From an uncultured bacterium (GTDB lineage Bacteria > Fidelibacterota > UBA2242), in contig CAZNUN010000003.1 in the NCBI GenBank assembly GCA_964576275.1, forward strand, positions 136,730 to 200,729: DNA of 64,000 nucleotides, written 5' to 3'. The notes under the pieces were generated by a model that worked only from the letters and a program-made list of their open reading frames with translations, did no database searches and was not told the DNA's origin. Each line of letters starts with the position of its first letter. Positions within the stretch are counted from its first letter, which is position 1. A program made the translations under genes and the position numbers. Positions 48,449-58,831 of the stretch are shown piece after piece.

Positions 48449-49093
48449 TCAATTCCGCAGTCTGAAGATCACCGGAATGGCGATGTATACTCCGACGTTG
48501 CGATCACGCTGCTGAGCCGGAATGAAACGAACTTTCCGGATAGCGTCTATGGCGGCTTCTTCCAGCCCGGTGTTCGGCATGCCTTTTAAGACCGAGCATT
48601 CGGTGACTTCGCCGCGCTTGTCAACGAAAGCCCGTATAACGACCGTCCCCTCAATGCCGGCTTCCTGGGCAATCGCCGGGTAGATTATATTTTTTTGAAT
48701 GGCTGCGTATCCACCAATCGGCTCCGGATCTTTATCATAAACAATAAAGGTATCACGAAGAATTCCAGCCTCCGGCGGCAGGGGCGGCGGCGCATCCCAG
48801 GGTTGATAGGATCCGAAATTGACCGGTTCGAGAGTAATATCGGGAGATAAATCCGGCTCATCAGAAGGTAGCGGAAGTGACGGGCGGGCGGGTGGTTTGG
48901 ACGGCTCGGTGGGATTATCGACTATTGGAGGAGTGACTGTCGTAATAATTATTGGTGGGGTCCGCATAACGACCTCGTTCTTTTTGACTTTTGGAAAGGC
49001 CAACAACAGAATGATCAGTATGACAAGTATTCCAACCAGAGCCAGACGCAAGACCAATGGCTGGCTGGTTTTCAAATCATTTTTTGATTTCAT
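48449..49093 (-). CDS. energy transducer TonB (paralog 1)
   Basis: N-terminal TM, a Pro-rich spacer, and a C-terminal TonB domain 'GIEGTVVIRAFVDKRGEV...GVYIAIPVIFRL'. Confidence 0.75.
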   Translation of the reverse strand: MKSKNDLKTSQPLVLRLALVGILVILIILLLAFPKVKKNEVVMRTPPIIITTVTPPIVDNPTEPSKPPARPSLPLPSDEPDLSPDITLEPVNFGSYQPWDAPPPLPPEAGILRDTFIVYDKDPEPIGGYAAIQKNIIYPAIAQEAGIEGTVVIRAFVDKRGEVTECSVLKGMPNTGLEEAAIDAIRKVRFIPAQQRDRNVGVYIAIPVIFRLRN

Positions 49094-49218
49094 CTTAACC
49101 TCCCGGTTTTAATTGATAGCCGAACTACATCTGAATATTAGAGATGAAAGATGAAAATATCAAGATACAAAAAAGGCGAAGAGAAATCTTCGCCTTTTCC
49201 CGAATTTTTAAGATGTTT

Positions 49219-49887
49219 CTATGTCTTGAGTTTGAAAATTACCGGGATCGAAATATAGACGCCGACATTGCGGTCTCTTTGTTTAGCCGGTTTGAAACGG
49301 GTTTTTTTGATTGCGGCGATGGCGGCTTCCTCAAGGCCGGTATTGGGCATGCCTTTGAGGATTATACATTCGGAAACCACGCCGAATTCATTGACAAAGG
49401 CCTGCACGACAACGGTGCCTTCGATGCCGGCCTCCTGAGCGATTTCAGGATAGACGATATTTTTTTGAATGGCGGCAAATCCGCCCATCGGTTCCGGGGC
49501 CTCATCGTAAGGAATGAACCTGACGCGTGGACCTTCGTCGCCACTCTGCTGTTCCGGTGGGGGCGGCGGGGCTTCCCAGGCAGTATAGGAATCAAAGTCA
49601 GTTGTCTCGTCAATTGTAATATCTTCGGACAGGTCTTCGTTGTCTGATTCGATCGGAATTGAAGGCCGGGAGGGTGGCTTGGCCGCTTCGATCTTCTGTT
49701 CGATCTGGGGCATTTCAGTAGCCTCGATGACAAATTCGACTTTCCGTTGCTCAACCACGCCTTTTTCAAATTTTGGGAAAGCCAGCATTATGCCGGTGAT
49801 CAGAACCAGACTGGAAACTAACCCGATCCGCAACATCAGAGGTTGGCGTAATTTTAAACTTGCTTCGGGTTTTTTTCTTAGTATCAT
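49219..49887 (-). CDS. energy transducer TonB (paralog 2)
   Basis: Same architecture as paralog 1; the C-terminal domain 'GIEGTVVVQAFVNEFGVV...GVYISIPVIFKL' is nearly identical to it. Confidence 0.75.
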   Translation of the reverse strand: MILRKKPEASLKLRQPLMLRIGLVSSLVLITGIMLAFPKFEKGVVEQRKVEFVIEATEMPQIEQKIEAAKPPSRPSIPIESDNEDLSEDITIDETTDFDSYTAWEAPPPPPEQQSGDEGPRVRFIPYDEAPEPMGGFAAIQKNIVYPEIAQEAGIEGTVVVQAFVNEFGVVSECIILKGMPNTGLEEAAIAAIKKTRFKPAKQRDRNVGVYISIPVIFKLKT

Positions 49888-49897
49888 GCTATTGTCC

Positions 49898-50305
49898 TTA
49901 AATAGCTGTTTTGGTGGAATAATTAACTTTCAGGGCGTCCGCAAGGCGCAGCTCCTTGTGGATACTGCTCATCAGTGACATATTCACCCTTTCATCCGCT
50001 CGGATTGATACGGTCAGCTGCGGATCGTTTTCACGTTTTTCGTAGAGAATCATTCTAAGACTGTTAACATTGACTAATTTACCGTCGATAGAAATCAATT
50101 CTTCCTTAGAAACCCAGAGTTGGGTCACGTGCACTTTCGAAGTCAGTTTTTCGATCTGCTTGGCTTTTGGCATAATGACCGGCAGGCCGGAATACTGGCG
50201 CATAACCGAAGAAGCCATGAAGAAAAAGATCAACATGAAGACAATATCCGGCATCGAGGAGGTGGGAATTGCAACATTTACTTCTTTTTTATGTTTAAAG
50301 GCCAT
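49898..50305 (-). CDS. exbD: ExbD/TolR biopolymer transport protein
   Basis: 135 aa with a single N-terminal TM 'IVFMLIFFFM' and the ExbD fold. Confidence 0.8.
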   Translation of the reverse strand: MAFKHKKEVNVAIPTSSMPDIVFMLIFFFMASSVMRQYSGLPVIMPKAKQIEKLTSKVHVTQLWVSKEELISIDGKLVNVNSLRMILYEKRENDPQLTVSIRADERVNMSLMSSIHKELRLADALKVNYSTKTAI

Positions 50306-50318
50306 TAATCAAACTCCT

Positions 50319-50729
50319 CTATTCGGCGATCGAGATACGGGTGGCCTTGGCCTGCTTAAGCTGGTCGAGCACCTCGATATATTTATCGTAGCGGCAACGG
50401 GGGTGAGCTTTTACGGAAAAGATCATTTTATCATTATTCGCAAGGTAACCTTCACAGATTCCTCTGATGCGATTGATTTCCACTTCTTTTATCTGTCCGA
50501 GATGCCCAACCATAACCGCCCCCTGGGGATCGATTGTGATTGTGGTAATGTTTTGCTTCGGAATTTCGACGGGAGCGTCGCCTTCCGGAGGAAGGATCAG
50601 CCCGATTCCTTTATCGGTGTCAATCGTAGTAGCCACCATAAAGAAAATCAGCAGGAGAAAGGCAATGTCGGCCATCGACCCGGATGGAATCTCAACTTTG
50701 CGCATTCCCTTTTTTTTCATCAGAGCCAT
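50319..50729 (-). CDS. exbD: ExbD/TolR biopolymer transport protein (second copy)
   Basis: 136 aa with TM 'IAFLLLIFFMVAT'. Confidence 0.8.
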   Translation of the reverse strand: MALMKKKGMRKVEIPSGSMADIAFLLLIFFMVATTIDTDKGIGLILPPEGDAPVEIPKQNITTITIDPQGAVMVGHLGQIKEVEINRIRGICEGYLANNDKMIFSVKAHPRCRYDKYIEVLDQLKQAKATRISIAE

Positions 50730-50731
50730 GA

Positions 50732-51358
50732 TTAATCTCTGTTCTCCTTTTTATCGTCTATATTTGTCAGGGTTTCCAGCAGGCTCATGGTACTCTCTTC
50801 CATTTCAACTACGATACCATCCACCCGAGCGGTAAACAGGTTGTAAGCAATCTGCATCGGTACTGCGACGATCAGACCAAAAAGAGTCGTTAAAAGAGCT
50901 TCCGAAATACCACCGGCCACGATCGCGGGTGAAATGTCATTGGCGGCTGCGATCGCATCGAAAGCGCCAATCATACCGGAAACAGTTCCGGCGAATCCCA
51001 GCATCGGCGCTAAAGTGATGACAGTAGCCAGCCATATCATACCTTTATCAAGGAAGGCCATCTCGACCGTACCGGCGCTCTGAATGGCTTTTTCGACGGC
51101 TGCCATTCCGGAGTTCATTTTCTCAAGCCCGGCATGGAAAATCTCGGCGATCGGGCCGGGAGTGCTTTCGCACAATTGCAGCGCTTTCTCGACGCCATCT
51201 TCTTTGACGACCTTTGTAACTTTGGGAACGAAGCGTTTGGTAGCCCACGAGGCTTTAGCTAAGGTGTAAATTCTTTCAATTGTAACCATTAGTCCAAATA
51301 CCATTAAAGCCAGAATCGGCCACATGAACATTCCGCCTCTGAGAAACAGTTCAACCAT
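50732..51358 (-). CDS. exbB: ExbB/TolQ/MotA proton channel
   Basis: Three TM helices and a 'GLLGTVxGM'-like motif (GFAGTVSGMIGAF). Confidence 0.85.
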   Translation of the reverse strand: MVELFLRGGMFMWPILALMVFGLMVTIERIYTLAKASWATKRFVPKVTKVVKEDGVEKALQLCESTPGPIAEIFHAGLEKMNSGMAAVEKAIQSAGTVEMAFLDKGMIWLATVITLAPMLGFAGTVSGMIGAFDAIAAANDISPAIVAGGISEALLTTLFGLIVAVPMQIAYNLFTARVDGIVVEMEESTMSLLETLTNIDDKKENRD

Positions 51359-51467
51359 TATTTATTTACCTCCATAAAATATAACTCATACTTCCAATTT
51401 GTAAATGCCGAATATTTTAAGCCAATATTTTTAAAAAGTCAATACAATTTTCCGACGAGAATTACAT

Positions 51468-53096
51468 TTATCGACGCTTCGGGATCATTCGACGGGCTTC
51501 GCTCAGATATTTGACGCCTTCGGCTACCTGGTTGTCGGACAGACGCACGATCCGGTAATATTCATCGTAGCCCCAGTAACTGCGTGCGATCTCGGCCTTG
51601 ATTAAAATTTTCAGATAATCCTTGTCTTTTTCGATTTGCGAGAGGTCAAGGTCCTTGATCTTTTCCTTGGCCATTTTAGTAAACGCCTCGAAATTTTGAT
51701 CGCTCAGGCTATATTTAAGGTAGAAATTTCTGCGGTCATTGGCCCGGTCTTTATTCTTTTTAACGAAATCGGAAGCATATTCGAACACAACCCGCGAGGA
51801 ATGTCCCAGCAATTTGTAGGTCTCCTTGCTGAGAACCCGGTCATATTTTACGGCGTAATCGGGCGTGATACCACCACCGCCGTAAACCGTGCGTCCGCCG
51901 ATCGTGCTATATTTCGGACGATTCTTCAGCGAGTCTTTAGCCGCCAGCAGGCTGTCGCGGTTGTCTTCATTAAAAGTGTCATAATAGTCGTCGATCTTGC
52001 CGTCGTAAGGACGTTGAATGAGACGGCCGCTGGGAGTGTAATAACGTGCCACGGTAACCCGGACGGCCGAACCGTCGCGCAATGGATACTGGCGCTGTAC
52101 CAATCCTTTACCGAAACTGGTTTCGCCGACAATAATACCGCGGTCCAAGTCCTGAACCGCACCGGCTACGATTTCACTGGCGCTGGCCGAACCGCGATTG
52201 ATCAGGACAACCAGCGGTATATTTTCGAACGGCTCGGTGCGGCTGGTGAAAAATTCCTCATTGGCGCTCGGAATCCGACCTTTTGTGTATACAATTTTCT
52301 GGCGGCCACCGATGAATTTATCGGTTATCTCGACAGCTTGTTCAAGATACCCCCCGCTATTACCGCGCAAATCAAAAATCAGGCGCTGCATGCCTTCGTT
52401 GGATAATCGTCTCAATGCTTGTTCGACTTCCGTGCTGGTTGTTCCGCTGAAACGATTCAGGAAAATATATCCGGTACTGTCGTCCAACATGAAAGCCGCT
52501 GAGACACTATAGAGCGGGATTTCGTCGCGGATGATTTTGACATCGAAATCAGCCTGACCCTGGCGGCGAATGGTGACGGTTACTTCAGAACCCTTCGGCC
52601 CGCGCAACTTTTTCTGAACATCGTCACGGCTGATCCGGTAAGCAGACTCATCATTGATTTTAACGATCTTGTCGCCGACTTCCAGCCCGGCGCGTTCAGC
52701 CGGTGCGCCAGCGACCGGCGAGATTACGGTAATATAGCCGTCCAGAATGTCGAATTCGATGCCGATTCCCTCGAATTTTCCGGTGAATTGCTCGTTCAGA
52801 TTGTCTAATTGTTTCGGTTCGATGTACACCGAGTGCGGATCTAATTCCTCCATCATGCCGCGGTAAGCGCCTTCCATGACTTTATTCCAGTCGGGCGATT
52901 CGACATAGTTATCGTTGACGATCCGGATGATCTCCTGGAGGACATTCAGTTTTTGATAAAGATCATTTCCGGAAGCGATAATGGCTTTTCCCAGAGGAGA
53001 AATGAATAAAAATATCAGTAAAACAACGGCGATAATCACCGGAAGAGTGGCTTTGCGCATGATTTTTTCCAATTTATTTTGTGAATTAAGATTCAT
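51468..53096 (-). CDS. ctpA: S41 family C-terminal processing peptidase with PDZ domain
   Basis: PDZ 'GLEVGDKIVKIND'. S41 catalytic 'RGNSGGYL' and 'LVLINRGSASASEI' motifs. Length 542 aa. Confidence 0.85.
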   Translation of the reverse strand: MNLNSQNKLEKIMRKATLPVIIAVVLLIFLFISPLGKAIIASGNDLYQKLNVLQEIIRIVNDNYVESPDWNKVMEGAYRGMMEELDPHSVYIEPKQLDNLNEQFTGKFEGIGIEFDILDGYITVISPVAGAPAERAGLEVGDKIVKINDESAYRISRDDVQKKLRGPKGSEVTVTIRRQGQADFDVKIIRDEIPLYSVSAAFMLDDSTGYIFLNRFSGTTSTEVEQALRRLSNEGMQRLIFDLRGNSGGYLEQAVEITDKFIGGRQKIVYTKGRIPSANEEFFTSRTEPFENIPLVVLINRGSASASEIVAGAVQDLDRGIIVGETSFGKGLVQRQYPLRDGSAVRVTVARYYTPSGRLIQRPYDGKIDDYYDTFNEDNRDSLLAAKDSLKNRPKYSTIGGRTVYGGGGITPDYAVKYDRVLSKETYKLLGHSSRVVFEYASDFVKKNKDRANDRRNFYLKYSLSDQNFEAFTKMAKEKIKDLDLSQIEKDKDYLKILIKAEIARSYWGYDEYYRIVRLSDNQVAEGVKYLSEARRMIPKRR

Positions 53097-53162
53097 CCAG
53101 TTTAAAAATTTTCCGTGTCTAATTTAAACGTTCCAAGCCGTAAAAGTTGCCGGTTATTTTTT

Positions 53163-53636
53163 TCAGAACAGATCTATGACCTTTTTGGCGATGGCTTCCA
53201 GCAGGGCTCGTTCAGCATTACCAAAGCGTGCGGGACGATGCGAATCGATGTCAAGTTCGCCTAAAAACGTACCGTTTTTTATTATTGGGATGACGATCTC
53301 GGAGCGAACGTCCAGACTACACGCCAGATAATTCGATTCGGCGCTGACATCGGCAATATTGATGGTATCCAGGGTCACGGCAGCCTGTCCACAGACTCCG
53401 CGACCGAAGGGTATGCGGACATGCTCGGTCGGCGCGCCGGCGAACGGTCCGAGAACCAGTTCCCGGCATTTATGATCGCTCAGATAAAAACCAACCCAGT
53501 CGAAATCTTCGATATTAGTTTTGAGATAATGGCAAACTGCCAGCAGTTTTTCATCCCGGCTGCTACGACTGTTCAATATCCGCCGGATAGCATTCAGCGG
53601 AGCACGGGAGGATTGCGGGGCGGCTGACTTTTTCAA
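53163..53636 (-). CDS. GAF domain protein (free Met-R-sulfoxide reductase-like)
   Basis: 157-aa GAF fold with 'DWVGFYL', 'GPFAGAPTEHVRIPFGRGVCGQAA' and 'ADV...LACSLDVRSEIVIPI' motifs typical of the fRMsr/MsrC family. Confidence 0.65.
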   Translation of the reverse strand: MKKSAAPQSSRAPLNAIRRILNSRSSRDEKLLAVCHYLKTNIEDFDWVGFYLSDHKCRELVLGPFAGAPTEHVRIPFGRGVCGQAAVTLDTINIADVSAESNYLACSLDVRSEIVIPIIKNGTFLGELDIDSHRPARFGNAERALLEAIAKKVIDLF

Positions 53637-54976
53637 ATTTTAATGAAAATTTTCCTCTTATACAGAATCAAGGCCAATCCAAACCAGATCAGAATATAGC
53701 AGCACGCCCAGAGCAGAGAAGCATTCATTGGTGATAGCAAAGGTTGGAAATAATTATTGTAAAGGAATGTTTTCAGGGCGATCGGATTGCCTTCCGGACC
53801 GGGAACTTTCCACCAGTAAACCAGGGCGCGGGCGGTCAGACTTGACAGGGCATATACCGTAATGGCATTCGATCCGAAAATGACAAACGGCTGCGCCCAA
53901 CCTTTGTAGCCGCGAATGTCTATCAGCCAGTAACACATGCCCAGAAACAGCAACGCCATTCCGGCCATGAAAACAGTATAGGATGGCGACCAGAGGTTTT
54001 TGTTGATCGGGAACCAGATGCCCAGGATTTCGCCTAACACCAGACCGATGATTCCAAAGACAAACAGACCGGTGACCTTTTCGTAATCATTTTTAGTGGT
54101 CCGGAGCCAGTGCGCCGTCAGTACCCCGAAGAGCACCGAAGAAATCGCTGGAATTGTACTTAATATACCTTCCGGATCGAATCCGGCAGCTGGAGCGCCG
54201 CTCCAGGTGTGACCGGCTAATAGTTTTGAATCAATCCACCAAGCCAGATTACCCATGGTATTCTGGTGTGTCGTCGGATCGGTGATCAAGGCTAAGACGC
54301 CTGCACCATAGCCTGGCACCGGTACTAATTTCATCAGTAGCCAGTAGACAACCAGAAATCCAATCGCTAGGTAAGCCTGCCCTTTCACACTGCAATTCAG
54401 TACGATGATAGATGCAATGCAGTAAGTGACCGCAATTCTTTGCAGTACTCCCGGAATCCGTAGTTTGGACCAATCGAGACCTTGAAGGGCACTGCCGGCC
54501 AAAATCAACGCCAGGACGATCAAGGTCCACTTCAGGGTTTTCAGATAATTCGTTTTAATGTCAGACTTGACTGCAAACTTTACCGTAAGATAAGCTGCCC
54601 AACAGATTAGAAACAATCCACCGAAAATTCTAAGAACGAGCGGAGGAATTCCTTTAAATGCCGTCAGATATAAGCCGATTAAAAACAGTAAGGCGGTGCG
54701 TTTCAGAATTTTCAGATAGAGGCTGACGGCGGGAGCTCCGGAAGACTGTCGGTTTGCGAAAGCATAGACGATCGCTACTCCGACGATGAAAAGGAAAAAT
54801 GGGAAAATGAAATCGGTAGGCGTCCAGCCATTCCAGGCGGCATGTCGGAGTGGTGGATAGATCGCACTCCAGGTGCCCGGATTGTTAACCAAAATCATTC
54901 CAGCAATCGTGATACCCCGGAAAGCATCCAGCGAAATGAGACGGTTTGATTTTTTTATCAGGTTCGGTTCGCTCAT
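53633..54976 (-). CDS. DUF1624/DUF5009 (HGSNAT-like) polytopic acyltransferase-family membrane protein
   Basis: 'RLISLDAFRGITIAGMILVNNPG' N-terminal signature and about 11 TM helices. It overlaps the GAF gene by 4 nt. Confidence 0.6.
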   Translation of the reverse strand: MSEPNLIKKSNRLISLDAFRGITIAGMILVNNPGTWSAIYPPLRHAAWNGWTPTDFIFPFFLFIVGVAIVYAFANRQSSGAPAVSLYLKILKRTALLFLIGLYLTAFKGIPPLVLRIFGGLFLICWAAYLTVKFAVKSDIKTNYLKTLKWTLIVLALILAGSALQGLDWSKLRIPGVLQRIAVTYCIASIIVLNCSVKGQAYLAIGFLVVYWLLMKLVPVPGYGAGVLALITDPTTHQNTMGNLAWWIDSKLLAGHTWSGAPAAGFDPEGILSTIPAISSVLFGVLTAHWLRTTKNDYEKVTGLFVFGIIGLVLGEILGIWFPINKNLWSPSYTVFMAGMALLFLGMCYWLIDIRGYKGWAQPFVIFGSNAITVYALSSLTARALVYWWKVPGPEGNPIALKTFLYNNYFQPLLSPMNASLLWACCYILIWFGLALILYKRKIFIKI

Positions 54977-54998
54977 CTGTCAGTCCTCCAGTGATTGA

Positions 54999-56345
54999 TT
55001 AAACTTTCTTTAAATTTTTCAGAACACCCTGGGCGGCAAATATGCCGGTTACGGCAGAATAAACTATCCCACGGCTATGGCCGCTGGCATCGCCTGCGAC
55101 GAAAAAATTCTTCAACGAAGTTTCAAGGTTGGGCGTAACCTTGTATTTTGTGTCGTAAAACTTGATTTCGGGCGCGTACAGTAAAGTGTTATTGGACATC
55201 AGGCCGGAAATGATTTCGTTGAGCGTATTTAAACCTTCGATCAGGTTGGTTATGATCCGGTGTGGAAATGCCATGGCAATATCGCCGGGAGTGACGTCTT
55301 TCAGGGTCGGAATGGTGGCCGACCTTCCGATGCGCTCCCAGGTCGAGCGACGCCCGGAAACGAAATCCGTCAGACGTTGGATGATCGGTTTGCCGCCGCC
55401 AATTGTGGTTGCCAGGCGGGCGATGTCACGCCCGTATTTTGTCGTGTCTTCGACCGGATCGGTCAGCATCACGCGTGAGAGCAGAGCAAAGTTGGTATTT
55501 TGAGTTTTGGAATTCCACTTGGCATGACCGTTAACCAATACGAAGTCATCGAATTTTTCAGGAACAATATATCCACTCGGATTGGTGCAGAAAGTGCGTA
55601 CCAAATCGTCGTATGATTTGGTGTAGAGGCGAAATTTAGCATCGTACATGACGGCGGCGATCGGTGCGTAAATGACATCTGGAAATTCGACCCTCACGCC
55701 AACATCGATCGGTCCATACATCGTGCGGACTCCGAGGCTATGAGCTTGTTCACGCAACCAGTAGGCGCCAGCCCTTCCAGGTGCAGCGATGACGGCCTGG
55801 GCGGTAAAAGTTCGCCCATTACTGGTTAATTTGAACCATTCGCCCTCCTTGGTAATCGTATCGATACAGGTATTGGTAAGAAAACTTATACCCCGGTCTG
55901 TCAGTCGTTTATAAAACTGTTGAATGACATCTGGTAACCGGTCGGTGCCGATATGACGTTGTTTAGCGAAAATGAATTCGACGCCGGCAGCATGCGCCGA
56001 TCGCAGTAGATCCTGATATACCTGGCCGTTTTCTCCGGAGTAGCCGCCAGTTACACCCAGCGAGGAAAAGATATCATCGACTTTTTGGATAAGTTCTTCC
56101 ACTTCATGAGAATTGCGGCCGAAGCTGTCGGGTTCGCCTCCAATGCGGTGAGTAAGGTTAAGCTTGCCATCGGAAAATGCTCCGGCTCCACCGATGCCGA
56201 AATTGGTATCCCGACGCTTGAGAGGCTCATCGCCGCGATCTATTACCAGGACCGAAAGTCCCTGGCCGGCTAAAGTTTCAGCCCCAAAAAGCCCGGTCGG
56301 TCCAGCCCCGATTAAAATGACATCAAAAGTTTCAGGATGTTTCAT
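54999..56345 (-). CDS. FAD-dependent oxidoreductase (COG2509-like)
   Basis: 'FDVILIGAGPTGLFGA' dinucleotide-binding motif. Length 448 aa, with a C-terminal FAD-dependent-protein domain. Confidence 0.7.
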   Translation of the reverse strand: MKHPETFDVILIGAGPTGLFGAETLAGQGLSVLVIDRGDEPLKRRDTNFGIGGAGAFSDGKLNLTHRIGGEPDSFGRNSHEVEELIQKVDDIFSSLGVTGGYSGENGQVYQDLLRSAHAAGVEFIFAKQRHIGTDRLPDVIQQFYKRLTDRGISFLTNTCIDTITKEGEWFKLTSNGRTFTAQAVIAAPGRAGAYWLREQAHSLGVRTMYGPIDVGVRVEFPDVIYAPIAAVMYDAKFRLYTKSYDDLVRTFCTNPSGYIVPEKFDDFVLVNGHAKWNSKTQNTNFALLSRVMLTDPVEDTTKYGRDIARLATTIGGGKPIIQRLTDFVSGRRSTWERIGRSATIPTLKDVTPGDIAMAFPHRIITNLIEGLNTLNEIISGLMSNNTLLYAPEIKFYDTKYKVTPNLETSLKNFFVAGDASGHSRGIVYSAVTGIFAAQGVLKNLKKV

Positions 56346-56498
56346 GTGACGATTTCAATCAAAATTATTATACTTCAGAGCGCTCAAAAAATAGCAATGG
56401 AAATTAGGAAAGATTTTGAATTAATCCACTATTTTATAGCATCTGTTGTTGCATTTGACGTTGATGATTAATAAACTTAAACGTTTTTTTGTGTTATA

Positions 56499-57893
56499 TT
56501 GCGGATAATGGCTTCGATCATAATTATAGATGATGATATAGGTATTCGCGACCTGCTAAAGGAATCGCTGGAATCTGGCGGACACGAGACAATCGGATTT
56601 TCTTCCGCCGAAGAAGCCTTGCAGCATCTGGATAAATATGATCCGGAACTGATCTTGCTGGATTTAAATTTACCGGGAATGCACGGTTTCGAATTTTTGG
56701 AAAAAGCCCAAAACTGGAATCTAAATGTGCCCGTTGTAGTCGTAACCAGTAACAGCGACGTCGCTTCGGCTGTCAAGGCCATGAAACTGGGCGCGTTCGA
56801 TTATATCTGCAAACCGTTCAATCTTGAAGAACTGTCTTTTATAATCCAAAAAGTCATCGATAGCAGAATTAAAGACGATCATATTGCATACCTGCGCCGT
56901 AAGAGTCAATATTCCGATTTTGAACGCATCGTCGGTGACAGCGCTCCGATGCGGGAAGTGTATAGGTTTATCGATCAGGTCGCCAGTACCGACAAGACCA
57001 CCGTTTTAATCCGTGGTGAGACCGGAACCGGCAAGGAATTGGTTGCCAAGGCTATTCACTATCAGAGCAACCGCGCCAATAAACCATTTATCGATATCAA
57101 TTGTTCAGCATTCAACGAAAATCTACTGGAAGCCGAGTTGTTTGGTTATGAGTCCGGCGCATTCACCGATGCCAAGCACCGCAAGAAAGGACTGCTGGAA
57201 TTGGCGCATCAGGGGACCTTTTTCCTGGATGAAATCGGCGATATGGCGATCGGTCTGCAGGCCAAAATATTAAAAGTTATCGAGAAACAAACATTTCGCC
57301 GACTCGGCGGGACTCAGGAAATTAAAGTCGACACCCGTATAATCAGCGCAACCTCACGTGACCTGGAAGAAGGAATCAAGAAAAAAACCTTTCGGGAAGA
57401 TCTATATTACCGCTTGAATGTTGCTACCATCACCCTGCCACCACTCAGAGACCGACGCAATGACGTTCTGGCATTGGCTGATTTTTTCCTGAATATGTAC
57501 AACCGGGAATTCAAGAAAAATATCAAAGGTTTTAGCGCGGAAGTTCGGGCGATACTGAGTAAATATACCTGGCCGGGGAACGTTCGCGAATTACGCAACG
57601 CTATTGAAAAGGCTGTTCTGTTTGAGACTCACGATCAGATCACCACGGTCAATTTCAAGATCGTCGGTCTGGATAACGGAAAGAATATCCATTTCCTTAC
57701 TTCACCGGCCAATTTTATTCTTCCTCTGGACGGCATTTCTCTCAAGGAAATAGAGAAAGCCCTGATCGAAAACGCCTTGATTTCTACCCGCGGCAATCAG
57801 TCAAAAGCAGCCAAACTTCTAAAGATCAGCCGCGAAACATTTAAATACCGAATGCGAAAGTATAACGTTCGTTATGGCCAAAGCCAAATGTAA
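56499..57893 (+). CDS. sigma-54-dependent response regulator (NtrC family: REC-AAA-Fis HTH)
   Basis: REC D-box 'LILLDLNLPGMHG'. Sigma54-activator motifs 'GETGTGKELVAKAIH', 'GAFTDA' and 'ESELFGYE' (as EAELFGYE). C-terminal HTH 'QSKAAKLLKISRETFKYRMRK'. Confidence 0.9.
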   Translation: MRIMASIIIIDDDIGIRDLLKESLESGGHETIGFSSAEEALQHLDKYDPELILLDLNLPGMHGFEFLEKAQNWNLNVPVVVVTSNSDVASAVKAMKLGAFDYICKPFNLEELSFIIQKVIDSRIKDDHIAYLRRKSQYSDFERIVGDSAPMREVYRFIDQVASTDKTTVLIRGETGTGKELVAKAIHYQSNRANKPFIDINCSAFNENLLEAELFGYESGAFTDAKHRKKGLLELAHQGTFFLDEIGDMAIGLQAKILKVIEKQTFRRLGGTQEIKVDTRIISATSRDLEEGIKKKTFREDLYYRLNVATITLPPLRDRRNDVLALADFFLNMYNREFKKNIKGFSAEVRAILSKYTWPGNVRELRNAIEKAVLFETHDQITTVNFKIVGLDNGKNIHFLTSPANFILPLDGISLKEIEKALIENALISTRGNQSKAAKLLKISRETFKYRMRKYNVRYGQSQM

Positions 57894-58145
57894 CTATTCG
57901 TATGAACCAGGCGAGGTGGTTTGAATCAACCAAAAATTGGTTGATATTTTCCAGGTTGAACCGCAATCTATGTTTTTGACCTGCCTATTTGCTTTGGGTT
58001 GAATGAAAAAATATTATTGAGCGATTGAAAATGTTAATCATGTTAATTATATTGATTATTGCGATGTTGCTTCAATTTGCTATTTTAAAAACGGTGATTC
58101 TGGTCAAAGCTCGATTTGGATAAAATGTATAAAGTGGTATAGATT

Positions 58146-58174
58146 TTGAATGTGTAAAAAAGGTTGTTTATAAT
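58146..58174 (+). promoter_or_regulatory. sigma70-like promoter TTGAAT-17-TATAAT
   Basis: TTGAAT at 58146-58151, a 17-nt spacer, then TATAAT at 58169-58174. The GGAGGTG RBS and ATG 58204 follow about 25 nt downstream. Confidence 0.5.
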
Positions 58175-58203
58175 ATCATTTTTCTTATTATGGAGGTGTT
58201 GAA

Positions 58204-58791
58204 ATGTTAAAGAAAGTTGCGACTCTGGGGATTTGCAGTTTAGTTCTCTTGAGTATGATGTCTTTAAGCACCTGTGAGAAACAGGTCGCCGGTCCGGCTG
58301 AAGATGTTTTACAGTTGACTGGAGTTAGTAAAAGTGAAGTAAATTGGGTCATGCTATCTGCAGAGTATGCAGGTAAAATCGATGAACTGGCAAAAAGCGG
58401 GTACGCTGGCGGTTGGGTTTCGCCGGAATACGGCGGATTCGTCGGCGGAATGCAAACATTTGGCAATTCGGTCTATTTCCCGGCCGGTGCCGTGCAATCC
58501 AGAACTTATGTAACCGTTGATGCGGTGATCGAAGAAGTCAATGGCGTCAGAACCATTTCTTATGAATTTTTACCCAGTATGACTTTTTCTACGCCGGTTA
58601 CAATCAATCTCAGCTGGGCTTTTCTGGATATCAGCTATGATGATATCGTTAATGGCAATTACCAGATATATTATTCCCAGGACGATGAAACCTGGTACCC
58701 GATTGATAAGTCCACCGTCACCGTTAACTATTACTGGCGCACCATATCCTTCCCGACCGATCATTTCACGCGGTACGGATGGGGATTTTAG
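58204..58791 (+). CDS. hypothetical secreted/lipoprotein
   Basis: Signal peptide with 'LSTC' lipobox-like cysteine. 195 aa with no known motif. Confidence 0.4.
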   Translation: MLKKVATLGICSLVLLSMMSLSTCEKQVAGPAEDVLQLTGVSKSEVNWVMLSAEYAGKIDELAKSGYAGGWVSPEYGGFVGGMQTFGNSVYFPAGAVQSRTYVTVDAVIEEVNGVRTISYEFLPSMTFSTPVTINLSWAFLDISYDDIVNGNYQIYYSQDDETWYPIDKSTVTVNYYWRTISFPTDHFTRYGWGF

Positions 58792-58831
58792 TTGAATTGG
58801 AAAAACTAAAATTAATAGGTGGGGTAACTAA

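Noticed and set aside
57894-58145. Searched for a sigma-54 (-24 TGGCAC / -12 TTGCA) promoter downstream of the NtrC-like regulator
   Set aside because: No convincing GG-N10-GC element was found. Only a sigma70-like TTGAAT-17-TATAAT promoter and a CAACC-N7-GGTTG palindrome are present.
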